This document shows, piece after piece, positions 45,329-55,057 of a stretch of DNA of 64,000 nucleotides. Both the position numbers and the translations under genes were made by a program. Source of the stretch: an uncultured Candidatus Saccharibacteria bacterium (GTDB lineage Bacteria; Patescibacteriota; Minisyncoccia; Phycocordibacterales; UBA6899); contig CAZERF010000002.1 of assembly GCA_964515375.1 (NCBI GenBank), positions 29,164-93,163 on the forward strand, written 5' to 3'. Positions within the stretch are counted from its first letter, which is position 1. Each line of letters starts with the position of its first letter. The notes beneath the pieces were generated by a model. It searched no databases. It had not been told where the DNA came from and was given only the letters and a program-made list of their open reading frames with translations.

Positions 45329-46939
45329 ATGGTGTATAATAGAAACATGAGAAAACGATCCAATTTCCTCACTGCTCTGATCAGTACGCTTTCCATTAGC
45401 GCGCTTGTTTTTCCTCTTTTTGCATCCGCATATCAGGCGGCTCCTTTTTCGGTCACAACCGCTCCGCTTTTCATTACGGAGAAAAGTGTTCGCTTGACGG
45501 GGCAGGTCAATTCGAACGAGATGCCCGACACCTATCAATGGTTTGAGTGGGGAGTGGTCGGGAAAAGCGATGTCTATACGACCCCGCACAGGTCTTTTGG
45601 TTCGGGGAGCACATTGCGCAATACGTCCGAGAACTTGAGCGGGCTTGCGCCGAATATGCAATATTTCTATCGACAAGTCGCAGAGAACGGTCGCGGTAAG
45701 AGTGTCGGAATGAACGTCTACTTCACGACAAAACCACTTCCGGTCTCGACTACCCCGATCCTTGTTGTGGAAACGAGAACGCCGACCGCCATCACGGAAA
45801 ATAGTGTCACACTGAAAGGGTACGTTAGTCCGCACGGGAACTCCCAGTCACGTTATTGGTTCGAATGGGGTGCAACCATGGAGCTTTCGAATCGTACGTC
45901 TTCTCGAACTACGGGAACGAATTCTACGAACGTTGAACAGCGACTCACCAACCTGTTGCCGGGAACCCCTTATTTCTATCGCATCGTCGGGGAGAATGAC
46001 CTTGGGATCGTGTATGGAACAACGCGAATGGTTGTGACTCATGGTGTCCCTCCGGAAGTCGTCACCTCAGAGGCTCCGCGTGAGCAATATGTTCCACCCT
46101 CGTCTTCCTCCGGTGATGGAGTTGATCGCACTGTGACAACCAGCGGAAAAGATGACGGCCGTACCTCTGGTGCCGGTGATTCCGGGTACAATGCGTTTCG
46201 TCCGGCTTCGTCGATCCCCAACCCGATCAGCTTTGGCTTCTTTTCGAAAAAACCTTCAAGTGGAACCACGACGGAAGTTTCGGGATCGACCCAAACATCT
46301 AATCCCTTTTCGCGCTTTTTCGGCTCTCTTTCCGGGAAAGATGTTGCGGTCGTTGTTGAGAAGGTCGGACCGGAGAAGGTCCCCGCGCATACCCCCGTTG
46401 AATATCGTATTTCCTACCTTTACCAAAAATCCATTCCGGCAACTTCTGCACAGCTCAAGATCGTTCTTCCGGAACATGTCGTGTATATTGGCGACAACAC
46501 CGTTAATGAGTTGTTGCTTGAGGAAAGCCCCGGTCCGGAGCGGACATATGTACTTCCGCTCGGGAGATTAGAGAACGGCGCATCACGCACGGTAAGTATT
46601 CTCGGCATGACCACCGCATCGGCGCAGGGTACATTCCCTGAAGCCCGAGCGCGATTGGAGTATGCTGATCCCTCTGGTGTAGTCGTTGTTGTCGCGGGAG
46701 AAGAGGGGGTGCTTGATGAGGACGCGGAGACAACACAAGGAGACACCTCATTCTCGATCCTCCCACACTCACTTCTTGGCTGGGTCCTCTACCTCCTCGT
46801 GGTTGTCGGTACGATCATTGGGGTGCGCAAGGTAAAGGAATACTACGCGCGCCGCAAGGAAGAGATCGCCAAAGAAGAAGAACTGCACAAAGCACAAGTA
46901 AGCGCACAAGAAGCTGAAAAGAAGGGGTCACTCGCGTGA
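45329..46939 (+). CDS. Cell-surface protein with two tandem fibronectin-III-like repeats, P/S-rich stalk and C-terminal TM anchor with charged tail. Hypothetical.
   Basis: Signal peptide (start probably MRKRSNF at 45347). Two repeats with the pattern T-E-x-SV-x-L-x-G…(S/R)-Y-W-F-E-W-G…Y-F-Y-R…V-x-E-N. TM LLGWVLYLLVVVGTIIGV near the C-terminus. Confidence 0.65.
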   Translation: MVYNRNMRKRSNFLTALISTLSISALVFPLFASAYQAAPFSVTTAPLFITEKSVRLTGQVNSNEMPDTYQWFEWGVVGKSDVYTTPHRSFGSGSTLRNTSENLSGLAPNMQYFYRQVAENGRGKSVGMNVYFTTKPLPVSTTPILVVETRTPTAITENSVTLKGYVSPHGNSQSRYWFEWGATMELSNRTSSRTTGTNSTNVEQRLTNLLPGTPYFYRIVGENDLGIVYGTTRMVVTHGVPPEVVTSEAPREQYVPPSSSSGDGVDRTVTTSGKDDGRTSGAGDSGYNAFRPASSIPNPISFGFFSKKPSSGTTTEVSGSTQTSNPFSRFFGSLSGKDVAVVVEKVGPEKVPAHTPVEYRISYLYQKSIPATSAQLKIVLPEHVVYIGDNTVNELLLEESPGPERTYVLPLGRLENGASRTVSILGMTTASAQGTFPEARARLEYADPSGVVVVVAGEEGVLDEDAETTQGDTSFSILPHSLLGWVLYLLVVVGTIIGVRKVKEYYARRKEEIAKEEELHKAQVSAQEAEKKGSLA

Positions 46940-47008
46940 TATCAGGGGTCAACACTACTACACACCGGCATTCGCAGAAAGAATGTCGGCGTGTTAGCAT
47001 TGGTGCAC

Positions 47009-47437
47009 ATGACACGAACGATCAGAAGCATTCCGGAAATGAAGGTGTTTGCGCGCGAATTTCTCTCAACGCTTACGCCACACACTGAACGCGCCACGAT
47101 TGTTGGACTCTCAGGTGATCTTGGGAGTGGAAAGACCGCGTTCGTCAAATGCCTCGCCGAAGAGCTTGGTGTCGTCGAAGAGGTGCTTTCTCCGACGTTT
47201 GTGATCGCAAAATTCTACGACCTCAAGGGTCAACAATGGAAACGCATCGTGCATATTGATGCGTATCGTATCGAGGACCCCATGGAGATCGCGGTCGTGG
47301 GATGGGATCGCCTTTGCGCCGACCCCGAGTTGCTTGTGTTGGTCGAATGGTCGGAGCAGCTGAAGGAGCGTTTTCCGCACGATGCGACCATGCTTCATTT
47401 TCTCTTTATTGACGAAATGACCCGAGAGGTCCGATAA
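47009..47437 (+). CDS. tsaE: tRNA threonylcarbamoyladenosine biosynthesis protein TsaE
   Basis: P-loop GDLGSGKTAFVK, SPTF motif, HIDAYR motif. ~142 aa. The ORF track starts at 46991. Confidence 0.85.
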   Translation: MTRTIRSIPEMKVFAREFLSTLTPHTERATIVGLSGDLGSGKTAFVKCLAEELGVVEEVLSPTFVIAKFYDLKGQQWKRIVHIDAYRIEDPMEIAVVGWDRLCADPELLVLVEWSEQLKERFPHDATMLHFLFIDEMTREVR

Positions 47438-47449
47438 TAAAGGTATTCC

Positions 47450-47689
47450 ATGTCATGCAGAGTCCGATTTTTCCGTGACGGAAAGCAGGCGAAAGAAACG
47501 CGTCAGTTTTTGAACGGACGAGGGATCAAGAGTTATCTTCGTGAACGCAGTCCGTCGACGGTCATTCCCGGCGAAGAACCCTACGGGTTCGACGTTTTTG
47601 TGTTATGCGATGACGATATTGACGACGCGCGTCAGCTTTTGGACTATGAATTCGGTCGCGGGTGGGGAGAATCCGCCGGCGCTCGGTAG
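47450..47689 (+). CDS. Small hypothetical protein (79 aa), possibly DUF2007-like
   Basis: Short ORF between tsaE and polA. Protein-like composition. Identity not established. Confidence 0.35.
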   Translation: MSCRVRFFRDGKQAKETRQFLNGRGIKSYLRERSPSTVIPGEEPYGFDVFVLCDDDIDDARQLLDYEFGRGWGESAGAR

Positions 47690-47766
47690 TTCGAGTAGGA
47701 AACGCTAAACCGAAGCTTTTTCTCGTGTCAATCGCATAGTTGCGTGTTGCTTGTTATGATGAGTCC

Positions 47767-50166
47767 ATGATCACAAAAGAACACAAGATCCGACTCGTCC
47801 TCTTCGATGCGCATGCGATCATTCATCGTGCATATCACGCTATTCCCGACTTTGCGACCTCACAAGGTGAGCCGACCGGCGGTCTCTACGGACTCTCCAC
47901 GATGCTTTTGCGTGCGATCGACGAATTTGCCCCCGACCATATGGCGGCATGCTATGACCTTCCCGAGCCGACCTTTCGTCACAAGAAATATGACGCGTAC
48001 AAAGCGGGGAGAAAAAAGGCGGACGATGCGCTGGTGAGTCAGCTCGAGCGATCACGGGACATTTTCACCGCATTTCATATCCCGATCTACGACGCGCCCG
48101 GATTTGAGGCTGACGACATGCTCGGGACGATCGTCGAGCAGTTGAAGGGCCGCGAGGATGTCGAGATCCTCATTGTGACGGGAGATATGGATACGCTTCA
48201 GCTTGTTTCTGGGAAGCGGGTCTGTGTGTATACGCTCAAAAGAGGCCTGAACGACACGATCGTGTACGACGAAGCAAGGGTCGTTGAGCGTTTCGGTTTT
48301 TCACCGCTTCAACTTCCTGATTACAAAGGACTCCGTGGCGACCCTTCGGACAACATTATTGGTATCGCAGGAATCGGCGAGAAGACGGGCGCGGAATTGA
48401 TTCAAAAGTTCGGGACCGTTGAGGGAATCTACGCCGAATTGGCCAAGGGGAAAGAGTGTGTGATCGCCCAAGGGGTCAAGCCACGTATTGTCGAACTCTT
48501 GGTTGCTGGTGAGGAAGAGGCATTATTTTCCAAGATGTTGGCGACGATTCGCCGGGACGCACCGATCACTTTTGTCCTCCCTTCTGTAACATGGAGAGAG
48601 GAATTTGACCCTGAGGATGTGCTCAAACTTTTCGCGTCACTTGAATTTCGTTCGTTGGTCACGCGAATTCGTCAGCTTTTTGTGAAGAGCGCGGATAAAG
48701 AGAGCGAAGCGAAGGATGATCCTACCCGAGGGCGGGCGGAGGAAACAAGTGAACCGATCGATCCGATACTGCTTCGCGAAGCGCAGATCGCACTCTGGCT
48801 TCTTGATTCGGACAAAACAACACCAAGCATCGATGATATTGCCGAATACACAGGAGAACACACGCTTTCGTCCTCGCTCTTACTGTTGAAAGAAAGGCTC
48901 AAAAAGGAAGGTCTCATTGAGTTGTACGAGCAGATCGAATTGCCGCTCATTCCGATCATTGCGCGACTTGAGCAAAAGGGGATCATGCTTGATTCCGAGT
49001 ATCTCGAGGGGATCTCTCGTTCCTATCATGAAAAGCAGGACGAACTTGAGCGCAAGATCTACTCCCTTGCTGGCGAAGAATTCAATATCAATTCGCCAAA
49101 GCAAATGGGGGTCGTACTCTTTGATCACATGGGGCTCACCGCGAAGGGACTCAAGAAGACCGAAGGAGGCGCACGCTCGACGCGGGAGTCGGAACTCGAA
49201 AAGCTCAAGGACGCACATCCGATCATCGCGACGATATTGGAGTACCGCGAGGTTCAGAAACTTCTTTCTACCTACATCGACACACTCCCGCGTCTTGCAG
49301 ATGAAGAGGGAAGGGTCCATACTCGGCTCCATCAGGACGGAACGACCACGGGGAGATTCTCCTCTTCCGACCCGAATCTGCAGAATATTCCGGTGCGTGA
49401 AGGGTTGGGTGAGATGATCCGAGACGCTTTCGTTGCTCCGGAAGGCAAAGTGTTGATGGCCTTTGATTACTCCCAGATCGAGATGCGGGTGCTCGCCATG
49501 CTCTCGGGCGACCCGGGTCTTCGGGAGATCTTCCTTTCGGGTGAAGATATTCACACATCGGTTGCCGCGCGTGTGTTCGGCGTTGTAGCGGACGCGGTCT
49601 CCAAGGAGATGCGTCGTCGCGCCAAGGTGATCAACTTCGGCATTGTCTATGGCATGGGGGTCAACGCGCTCAAGCAAAATCTTGGTTCCACGCGTGAAGA
49701 AGCTCAAGAATTTTATGACCAATATTTCATTTCCTTTCCCAAGATCGCGTCATATTTTGAACAAGTGACGGCCGATGCGACAAAGAATGGCTACACTGAA
49801 ACACTTTTTGGACGTCGCCGCCAATTTCCCAACTTGCGTTCGCGGGTTCCCTTCATGAAGGCGATGGCGGAGCGTATGGCGATGAACGCACCCCTTCAGG
49901 GAACGGCGGCAGATCTCGTGAAGATCGCCATGATTCGCGTTGATCATGCGATCATCGACGCGGGGCTCGACAAAGATGCCGAACTCCTACTTCAGGTGCA
50001 TGATGAGCTCATTTTTGAGGTTTCTGAAGACAAAAAGACGATTGCGAGGGTTGGAGAGGTTGTGCGCGCCGCAATGTCTTCTGTGGCGCAAGGGACCTCA
50101 GGTGAGGATATTCCGCTTGTGGTGAGTGAAAAGAAAGGCAAGCGCTGGGGAAGCATGACGGAGTAG
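47767..50166 (+). CDS. polA: DNA polymerase I (5'-3' exonuclease + polymerase domains)
   Basis: 5'-nuclease motifs (LVLFDAHAIIHRAYHA, GIGEKTG). Pol A motifs A (DYSQIEMR), B (RRRAKVINFGIVYG) and C (VHDE). The ORF track starts at 47740. Confidence 0.92.
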   Translation: MITKEHKIRLVLFDAHAIIHRAYHAIPDFATSQGEPTGGLYGLSTMLLRAIDEFAPDHMAACYDLPEPTFRHKKYDAYKAGRKKADDALVSQLERSRDIFTAFHIPIYDAPGFEADDMLGTIVEQLKGREDVEILIVTGDMDTLQLVSGKRVCVYTLKRGLNDTIVYDEARVVERFGFSPLQLPDYKGLRGDPSDNIIGIAGIGEKTGAELIQKFGTVEGIYAELAKGKECVIAQGVKPRIVELLVAGEEEALFSKMLATIRRDAPITFVLPSVTWREEFDPEDVLKLFASLEFRSLVTRIRQLFVKSADKESEAKDDPTRGRAEETSEPIDPILLREAQIALWLLDSDKTTPSIDDIAEYTGEHTLSSSLLLLKERLKKEGLIELYEQIELPLIPIIARLEQKGIMLDSEYLEGISRSYHEKQDELERKIYSLAGEEFNINSPKQMGVVLFDHMGLTAKGLKKTEGGARSTRESELEKLKDAHPIIATILEYREVQKLLSTYIDTLPRLADEEGRVHTRLHQDGTTTGRFSSSDPNLQNIPVREGLGEMIRDAFVAPEGKVLMAFDYSQIEMRVLAMLSGDPGLREIFLSGEDIHTSVAARVFGVVADAVSKEMRRRAKVINFGIVYGMGVNALKQNLGSTREEAQEFYDQYFISFPKIASYFEQVTADATKNGYTETLFGRRRQFPNLRSRVPFMKAMAERMAMNAPLQGTAADLVKIAMIRVDHAIIDAGLDKDAELLLQVHDELIFEVSEDKKTIARVGEVVRAAMSSVAQGTSGEDIPLVVSEKKGKRWGSMTE

Positions 50167-50382
50167 TTGTGCAAAGCCCGGTTTTGTACACGTTAAACCG
50201 AGTTTTTCGTCGTTTCCAAGAATAGGCTTTTTCCGTTAGGGGGGGGTTGCACGGAAGTTAGCGGTTCTCTGCAAGGTTCACCCTTAGGTGTGAGAATATA
50301 GGCTTTTTGTGCGTTTTTTTGTCGTGCGAAAAACCAACCCCCCTCATATCATTGAAATTCGCGAAGAATTTGTTGGCAAAAC

Positions 50383-50412
50383 TTGACTTTTGTGCCTATT
50401 TGGTGTTATAAT
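50383..50412 (+). promoter_or_regulatory. Sigma70-like promoter TTGACT-18nt-TGtTATAAT driving the lipoprotein gene. The RBS lies inside the palindrome ATGTCC-AAAGGA-GGACAT.
   Basis: Consensus-like hexamers with extended -10. The palindrome was read directly from the sequence. Confidence 0.55.
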
Positions 50413-50446
50413 ATAAGAAGATGAACTATGTCCAAAGGAGGACATC

Positions 50447-50821
50447 ATGAAAACGCTCAAAAATTTGATTATTGCTTTTCTTGTGGTCACGCTCTCCGGT
50501 TGCGCGATCTATGGAGGGAAAGATCGTCACGGCACGTCGCGTTATGGGAATGCCGAGATTCTCGGCGGCACCGGTGCGGTTATTGGGGCTGCTGTTGTTG
50601 AGAGTAACCCTCTGCTCGGCGCGGCGGGTCTTGGGGTGGCCGGGTACTACCTTGGGCGGTCGATGGACCGCAAGGAAGCTGCGGTGGGGCACACCGACTG
50701 TAAAGCGGTCATTCAGCGATCTTATAACCGCGATGGAAGCATTTCTGAAGTTCTTGTGAACGACGAACGTTGTCAGTCGTTCAAGACAACCCCCGGCTAT
50801 CGTGACGGATTCAATCGGTAG
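50447..50821 (+). CDS. Lipoprotein with glycine-zipper segment (hypothetical)
   Basis: Lipobox LSGC after an n/h-region. The glycine-zipper GGTGAVIGAAVV…GAAGLGVAGYYLG is YMGG-like. 124 aa. Confidence 0.7.
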   Translation: MKTLKNLIIAFLVVTLSGCAIYGGKDRHGTSRYGNAEILGGTGAVIGAAVVESNPLLGAAGLGVAGYYLGRSMDRKEAAVGHTDCKAVIQRSYNRDGSISEVLVNDERCQSFKTTPGYRDGFNR

Positions 50822-50918
50822 TAAAAGTACCTTCGACCATTCTCTTTTTTGGGAGTGGTCTTTTTTTTGCACAGAATATCGAAGGCGTTTGATGCCTTCT
50901 TGTGAATGAGCTAGACTG

Positions 50919-51635
50919 GTGTGTATGATCACGGTCTATACGGGCACCGACATGATGGAGGCGCGTCGCGAGGCGCAAGGGGCCGTTGCTTCGTTACGAT
51001 CAGAGTCTCCTAGTTCCACACTTTCTTCGTTTGACGACCTCTCGTTCTCTTTTGAGCAGGCAATGGAGGAATTTCACACCGAAAATCTTTTTGGTGGGCA
51101 AAATATCCTTTATTTTGAAGGTATTTTAGAACATCCCGAGGGTGAGCTTTTCTACCGCACCGTACTTTCCGAGACCCCAAAGATGATCATTGTTGTGGAG
51201 TGTGACATACCGAAGGACCTCCTTGTGTTCTTCGAACGTGTTGGCGTTGTGTGTTCATTTGCCGAGCGCACGGTCGCACGCGTCGAACGCTTCAATTCTT
51301 TTGCGGTCGTCGATGCGCTCATTGCTCGAGATAAGAAGTCGGCATGGGTGGAGTATGTTCGTGGTGTGCGTCGCAAGGAGGTGCCAGAAGCGGTTCATGG
51401 GCAGTTCTTTTGGGCGTTTCGTTCGCTTTATGTCATTGCGACAAATTCGCGCGAAGAAGCCCTTGCCTGTGGGGTCAAGGAGTATACATACAGCAAGAAT
51501 CGCGCCGCACTCGCGCGGTGGACCGTCGAAGAGATACGCACACGCCTCGACATGCTCAAGGACATGTACCACGACGCCCACGAAGGGAAGGTGGAGCTCC
51601 CAGATGCGTTGGAGCGGTTCATTTTGGGGCTGTAA
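50919..51635 (+). CDS. Possible DNA polymerase III delta subunit (HolA-like, short). Hypothetical.
   Basis: Weak resemblance only (…LFGGQNILYFEG… and a helical C-terminal domain). Its position among replication/housekeeping genes. Confidence 0.35.
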   Translation: MCMITVYTGTDMMEARREAQGAVASLRSESPSSTLSSFDDLSFSFEQAMEEFHTENLFGGQNILYFEGILEHPEGELFYRTVLSETPKMIIVVECDIPKDLLVFFERVGVVCSFAERTVARVERFNSFAVVDALIARDKKSAWVEYVRGVRRKEVPEAVHGQFFWAFRSLYVIATNSREEALACGVKEYTYSKNRAALARWTVEEIRTRLDMLKDMYHDAHEGKVELPDALERFILGL

Positions 51636-51886
51636 GCATAAAAGACATTACAAGCGCGGTTCTTTGGTGGGTTTTTTACACAAAGATAAAGCCGTCGGAT
51701 TGGAGAGCCCGACGGCCTTGGTGTTTGGAGGAAAACATTTGATTTTGGAAAGAACTACTACATGATGGAGTAGTCCTTGATTAAAAAAGTGGACTATTCC
51801 TTATGTGTCTGATAGAAGTATATATCTGTCCTTGAGAAGTATCAAGGACACACTGTGGATAACTTACGAGAAAACATTGTTACAAC

Positions 51887-52483
51887 ATGCTTATGAAAAA
51901 TTCGCAACTCGTCCTTTTTATCGGTCCGACCTGTGTCGGAAAGACCACGCTTATCAGTGCCTTGCGTGAAAAGTATTTTTCCGATTCCGGGTTGATCGTT
52001 TCGTACACAACGCGACCTCCGCGTGTGGAAATGGGCGAGCGTGACGGTGTTGGCTATTTCTTCGTCTCGGAGGAGGAATTCTTGCGCATGGAGGCAAATG
52101 GTGAGTTCTATGAGTCAGTGAAGCGTCCGACGGGATACTATGCGAGTTCACAGAAGCAGGTGCATGAGCTTTTGGCGGAGCATCCTATCGTTTTTGGTGA
52201 CCTCGATGTTGAGGGTGCGAAGGTGGTCAAAGAACGTGAACCGGACGCGCTCATGGTCTTTCTCTATCCCGACAACATGGAAGACCTTGCCGTACGGCTG
52301 CGTGCTCGCCCGCATCGCGAGCCGGAAACAAAGATCCTCGCACGGTTATCTGTGGCGGAAGAAGAGGTGACGCATCAGGATGAGTTTGATGTGAAGTTGT
52401 GCAACAAGAATGGAAAGTTCGATGAGACCGTTCAGGAAATGCTTTCCATTCTCCGGGCTCGAGGCATAACTTCTTCCGATTGA
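51887..52483 (+). CDS. gmk: Guanylate kinase
   Basis: P-loop GPTCVGKTTL and the GMP-binding SYTTRPPRVEMGERDGVGYFFVSEEEF segment. Confidence 0.85.
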   Translation: MLMKNSQLVLFIGPTCVGKTTLISALREKYFSDSGLIVSYTTRPPRVEMGERDGVGYFFVSEEEFLRMEANGEFYESVKRPTGYYASSQKQVHELLAEHPIVFGDLDVEGAKVVKEREPDALMVFLYPDNMEDLAVRLRARPHREPETKILARLSVAEEEVTHQDEFDVKLCNKNGKFDETVQEMLSILRARGITSSD

Positions 52484-52612
52484 GGTTATTTTTCCTTTAT
52501 TTTCTTGACTTTTTTGCCTTTCCGTTTAGATTGTGGAGCGGAGGGACTTTGTAGTTCAAAAGGAACTCTGTCCAATTTTTCGTTTTTTTCAACGTGAGTA
52601 AGGAGAAGTATC

Positions 52613-53356
52613 ATGACGCAGAAAATTGCGTTGGTGACCGGCGGCACAACGGGTATCGGTGCCGCGATCGCGGAATGTCTCGCGAAGGCGGGTTATGTGG
52701 TCGGCGTGACCTATTACCCCGGCGACGCACGAAGTGCGGACCTCCCCAAATGGCTCGACGAAGAGCGTGCGAAAGGGTTTTCCTTCGAAGCGTTCCCTGT
52801 CGACGTTGCGGATAGATCCTCGGTTTTGGCGCTTGCAGCGGCGGTGAACGAGAAGCTCGGTCCTCCGCTTGTCTTGGTCAATAACGCGGGTATCACCCTC
52901 GACAAAATGTTCGCAAAGATGGATCTTGCGAATTTTGAGCGGGTGATCCAGACGAACCTGTTGGGTCTCGTCTATGTCACGCACGCCTTTCTTCCGGGCA
53001 TGGTCACCGCGGGTTGGGGGCGTATCGTGAACATGTCGTCCGTGAACGGACAGAAGGGACAAGCCGGTCAGACCAACTACTCCGCCGCCAAGGCCGGCAT
53101 GATCGGTTTTGCCAAGGCGCTCGCGCAGGAAGTTGCTGCGAAGGGTGTGACGGTGAACTGTGTCACTCCGGGGTACACCGCGACGGACATGGTCACCGCG
53201 ATCCGCCCTGATATTCTTGAGGGAATCGTCGGGACGGTTCCGATCAAGCGTCTCTGCGCGATGGAGGAGATCGCCCAGGCGGTTCTCTTCCTTGTGGAAA
53301 ATGGTGCCGCAACCGGTTCGACGGTTTCGGTGAACGGCGGTCTGTACATGGCTTGA
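52613..53356 (+). CDS. NADPH-dependent acetoacetyl-CoA reductase-like SDR (PhaB/FabG family)
   Basis: Rossmann TGGTTGIGAA, catalytic S…YSAAK, and a near-collinear match to PhaB segments (RIVNMSSVNGQKGQAGQTNYSAAKAG, GVTVNCVTPGYTATDM, VNGGLYM). Confidence 0.8.
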   Translation: MTQKIALVTGGTTGIGAAIAECLAKAGYVVGVTYYPGDARSADLPKWLDEERAKGFSFEAFPVDVADRSSVLALAAAVNEKLGPPLVLVNNAGITLDKMFAKMDLANFERVIQTNLLGLVYVTHAFLPGMVTAGWGRIVNMSSVNGQKGQAGQTNYSAAKAGMIGFAKALAQEVAAKGVTVNCVTPGYTATDMVTAIRPDILEGIVGTVPIKRLCAMEEIAQAVLFLVENGAATGSTVSVNGGLYMA

Positions 53357-53514
53357 CGATCATTGGTTGTCATAAGGAGGGATGGAAACATCCCTCCTTT
53401 TTTTTGTATCCCGATGAACAATTTTTCCTTTACTTTCCTCATTTTTCTATTAGTATGATGCTCGGAAGTTTTGTTTTTTTGCTCATTCACTCACGCTCAA
53501 TAAGGAGCAGTATC

Positions 53515-54924
53515 ATGAAAACCCAAGGTATTCCGAATGTGGTGAAAGCCACTGTGGGAATGGAAAAGACCATCATCTATACGGTGACCGAAGAAGCACT
53601 GCGCGCGTATTTGGCGGTTTTTGGTAACGGCAACATGGCTCACCGCTCGCTTGGTCATGCCAACATGGTCGGGAAGCGTCGCCCTGCTGTCCCTTCTTCG
53701 TTCTTTGAAGGGGTCGTCAGTTTTGTTGTCGGCAACTATCTTCCCGGCGCCGGTTGTCGTGTACTTCGCGAAGAGCGGTCCGTTCCCGGCCTCGCTTTTC
53801 CCGGAGACGTGCTCACGGTCTCCGCGAAGGTGATCGCGGTCAAAGACGATGTTGCGAAGATCATGGTGACCATCGTGGATCAACACGATGAAGAAATTTG
53901 CTTCTCCGACCTCGATGTTCGCCTTCCTCCGGTCTCCATGCGCTCCTTCCCCGAAAGCTTGCCAAAGGTGCGGGTACGCCAAATCGGCGCGAAGTTCGAG
54001 GAATTACTTGCTCGCGCGACCGATTTCCCTTCCGTGGTCGCGGTAGTTGCATATCCGAAAGACATCGAGCCGATCCGTGGTGCAATGCTTGCGTACGACG
54101 AAGGTATTGCAACCCCGATCTTTGTTGGTGACGAAGAAAAGATCAGGATGGTCGCGACCGCGCATAATGTCTCGCTTGAGGGAGCAAAGGTCATTCCTGT
54201 TGATGGTGATGAGTATGTCGCCTGTGATATTGCCGTGAAACTTGTTCGTGATCATTGCAACCAAGGAATTCCAGTAATACTGGTCAAGGGATCCCCCAAG
54301 ACCGCAACGTTCGTGAAGGCGATCATTCACAAGGAAGATCGCACGAAAGGACTTGCAACAAAGGCTGGCGGCATGTTGACGCACGGACTCGTGATGGACA
54401 TTCCGTCATATCCCGAGTTGATCGCAATGGGGGACGTGGCGATCGTGCCACATCCGGACATTAAACAGAAGGAGGCTATCGCTCGTCGTTTGACCGCTCT
54501 TTTGCGTGCGGTCGGAGTGCGTGAGGTGAGAGCCGCATTCCTTGCCGGTTCGGAAGGGGTGAGCACTGCAATGCCGGAGACGAGTGACGCGAAGATGCTC
54601 GAGGAATTGACCGCGGAGTATTGTTTGGGCGAAGGACCGCTTTCGCTCGATCTCGCAACTTCGTCGGTGCGTGCGCAACGAAAGGGTTTTTCATCGAAAA
54701 TAAAGAGTGCCGCAAACCTCCTCGTTTTTCCGACTCTTGCGGGAGGGAATTTCCTTTACAAAGGTCTCGAGATCTTTGGCGACGCGATGTCCGCCGGTGT
54801 GGTGTTTGGGGCAGACGTACCGATCGTGCTTGTCTCTCGCGGTGACGATGCGGAGGCCTTCCTTTACTCGATCGCTTTGGCGCAGATGCTCCTCGGTTCC
54901 GGTGAGTACGCAAAGCTCGCGTGA
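53515..54924 (+). CDS. Bifunctional MaoC-like (R)-specific enoyl-CoA hydratase / phosphate acetyl-butyryl-transferase fusion
   Basis: N-terminal hot-dog/MaoC dehydratase-like ~150 aa, then a Pta/Ptb-type domain (~300 aa). Start at ATG 53515 with AAGGAG SD. The ORF track starts at 53353. Confidence 0.7.
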   Translation: MKTQGIPNVVKATVGMEKTIIYTVTEEALRAYLAVFGNGNMAHRSLGHANMVGKRRPAVPSSFFEGVVSFVVGNYLPGAGCRVLREERSVPGLAFPGDVLTVSAKVIAVKDDVAKIMVTIVDQHDEEICFSDLDVRLPPVSMRSFPESLPKVRVRQIGAKFEELLARATDFPSVVAVVAYPKDIEPIRGAMLAYDEGIATPIFVGDEEKIRMVATAHNVSLEGAKVIPVDGDEYVACDIAVKLVRDHCNQGIPVILVKGSPKTATFVKAIIHKEDRTKGLATKAGGMLTHGLVMDIPSYPELIAMGDVAIVPHPDIKQKEAIARRLTALLRAVGVREVRAAFLAGSEGVSTAMPETSDAKMLEELTAEYCLGEGPLSLDLATSSVRAQRKGFSSKIKSAANLLVFPTLAGGNFLYKGLEIFGDAMSAGVVFGADVPIVLVSRGDDAEAFLYSIALAQMLLGSGEYAKLA

Positions 54925-55057
54925 ATCTCGTTCATTTCGTTCAGTACTTAGCCCCGTCTTCGGACGGGGTTTCTTTTTTTTGTTGTCTCATTACGACTTT
55001 CGTGTTAGTTTTTGTGCGGAGTTTCTCTTTTTTTGTTGTTTGAATGTCAGGAGAAGG

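Noticed and set aside
48880-49722. 280-aa minus-strand ORF
   Set aside because: Antisense to polA polymerase domain.
54707-55057. 117-codon N-terminal extension of the kinase ORF
   Set aside because: The upstream extension is S/R/C-rich junk overlapping the end of the MaoC-Ptb gene. A strong SD plus ATGATG at 55058 gives the canonical MMKNVLVLNAGSSS kinase N-terminus.
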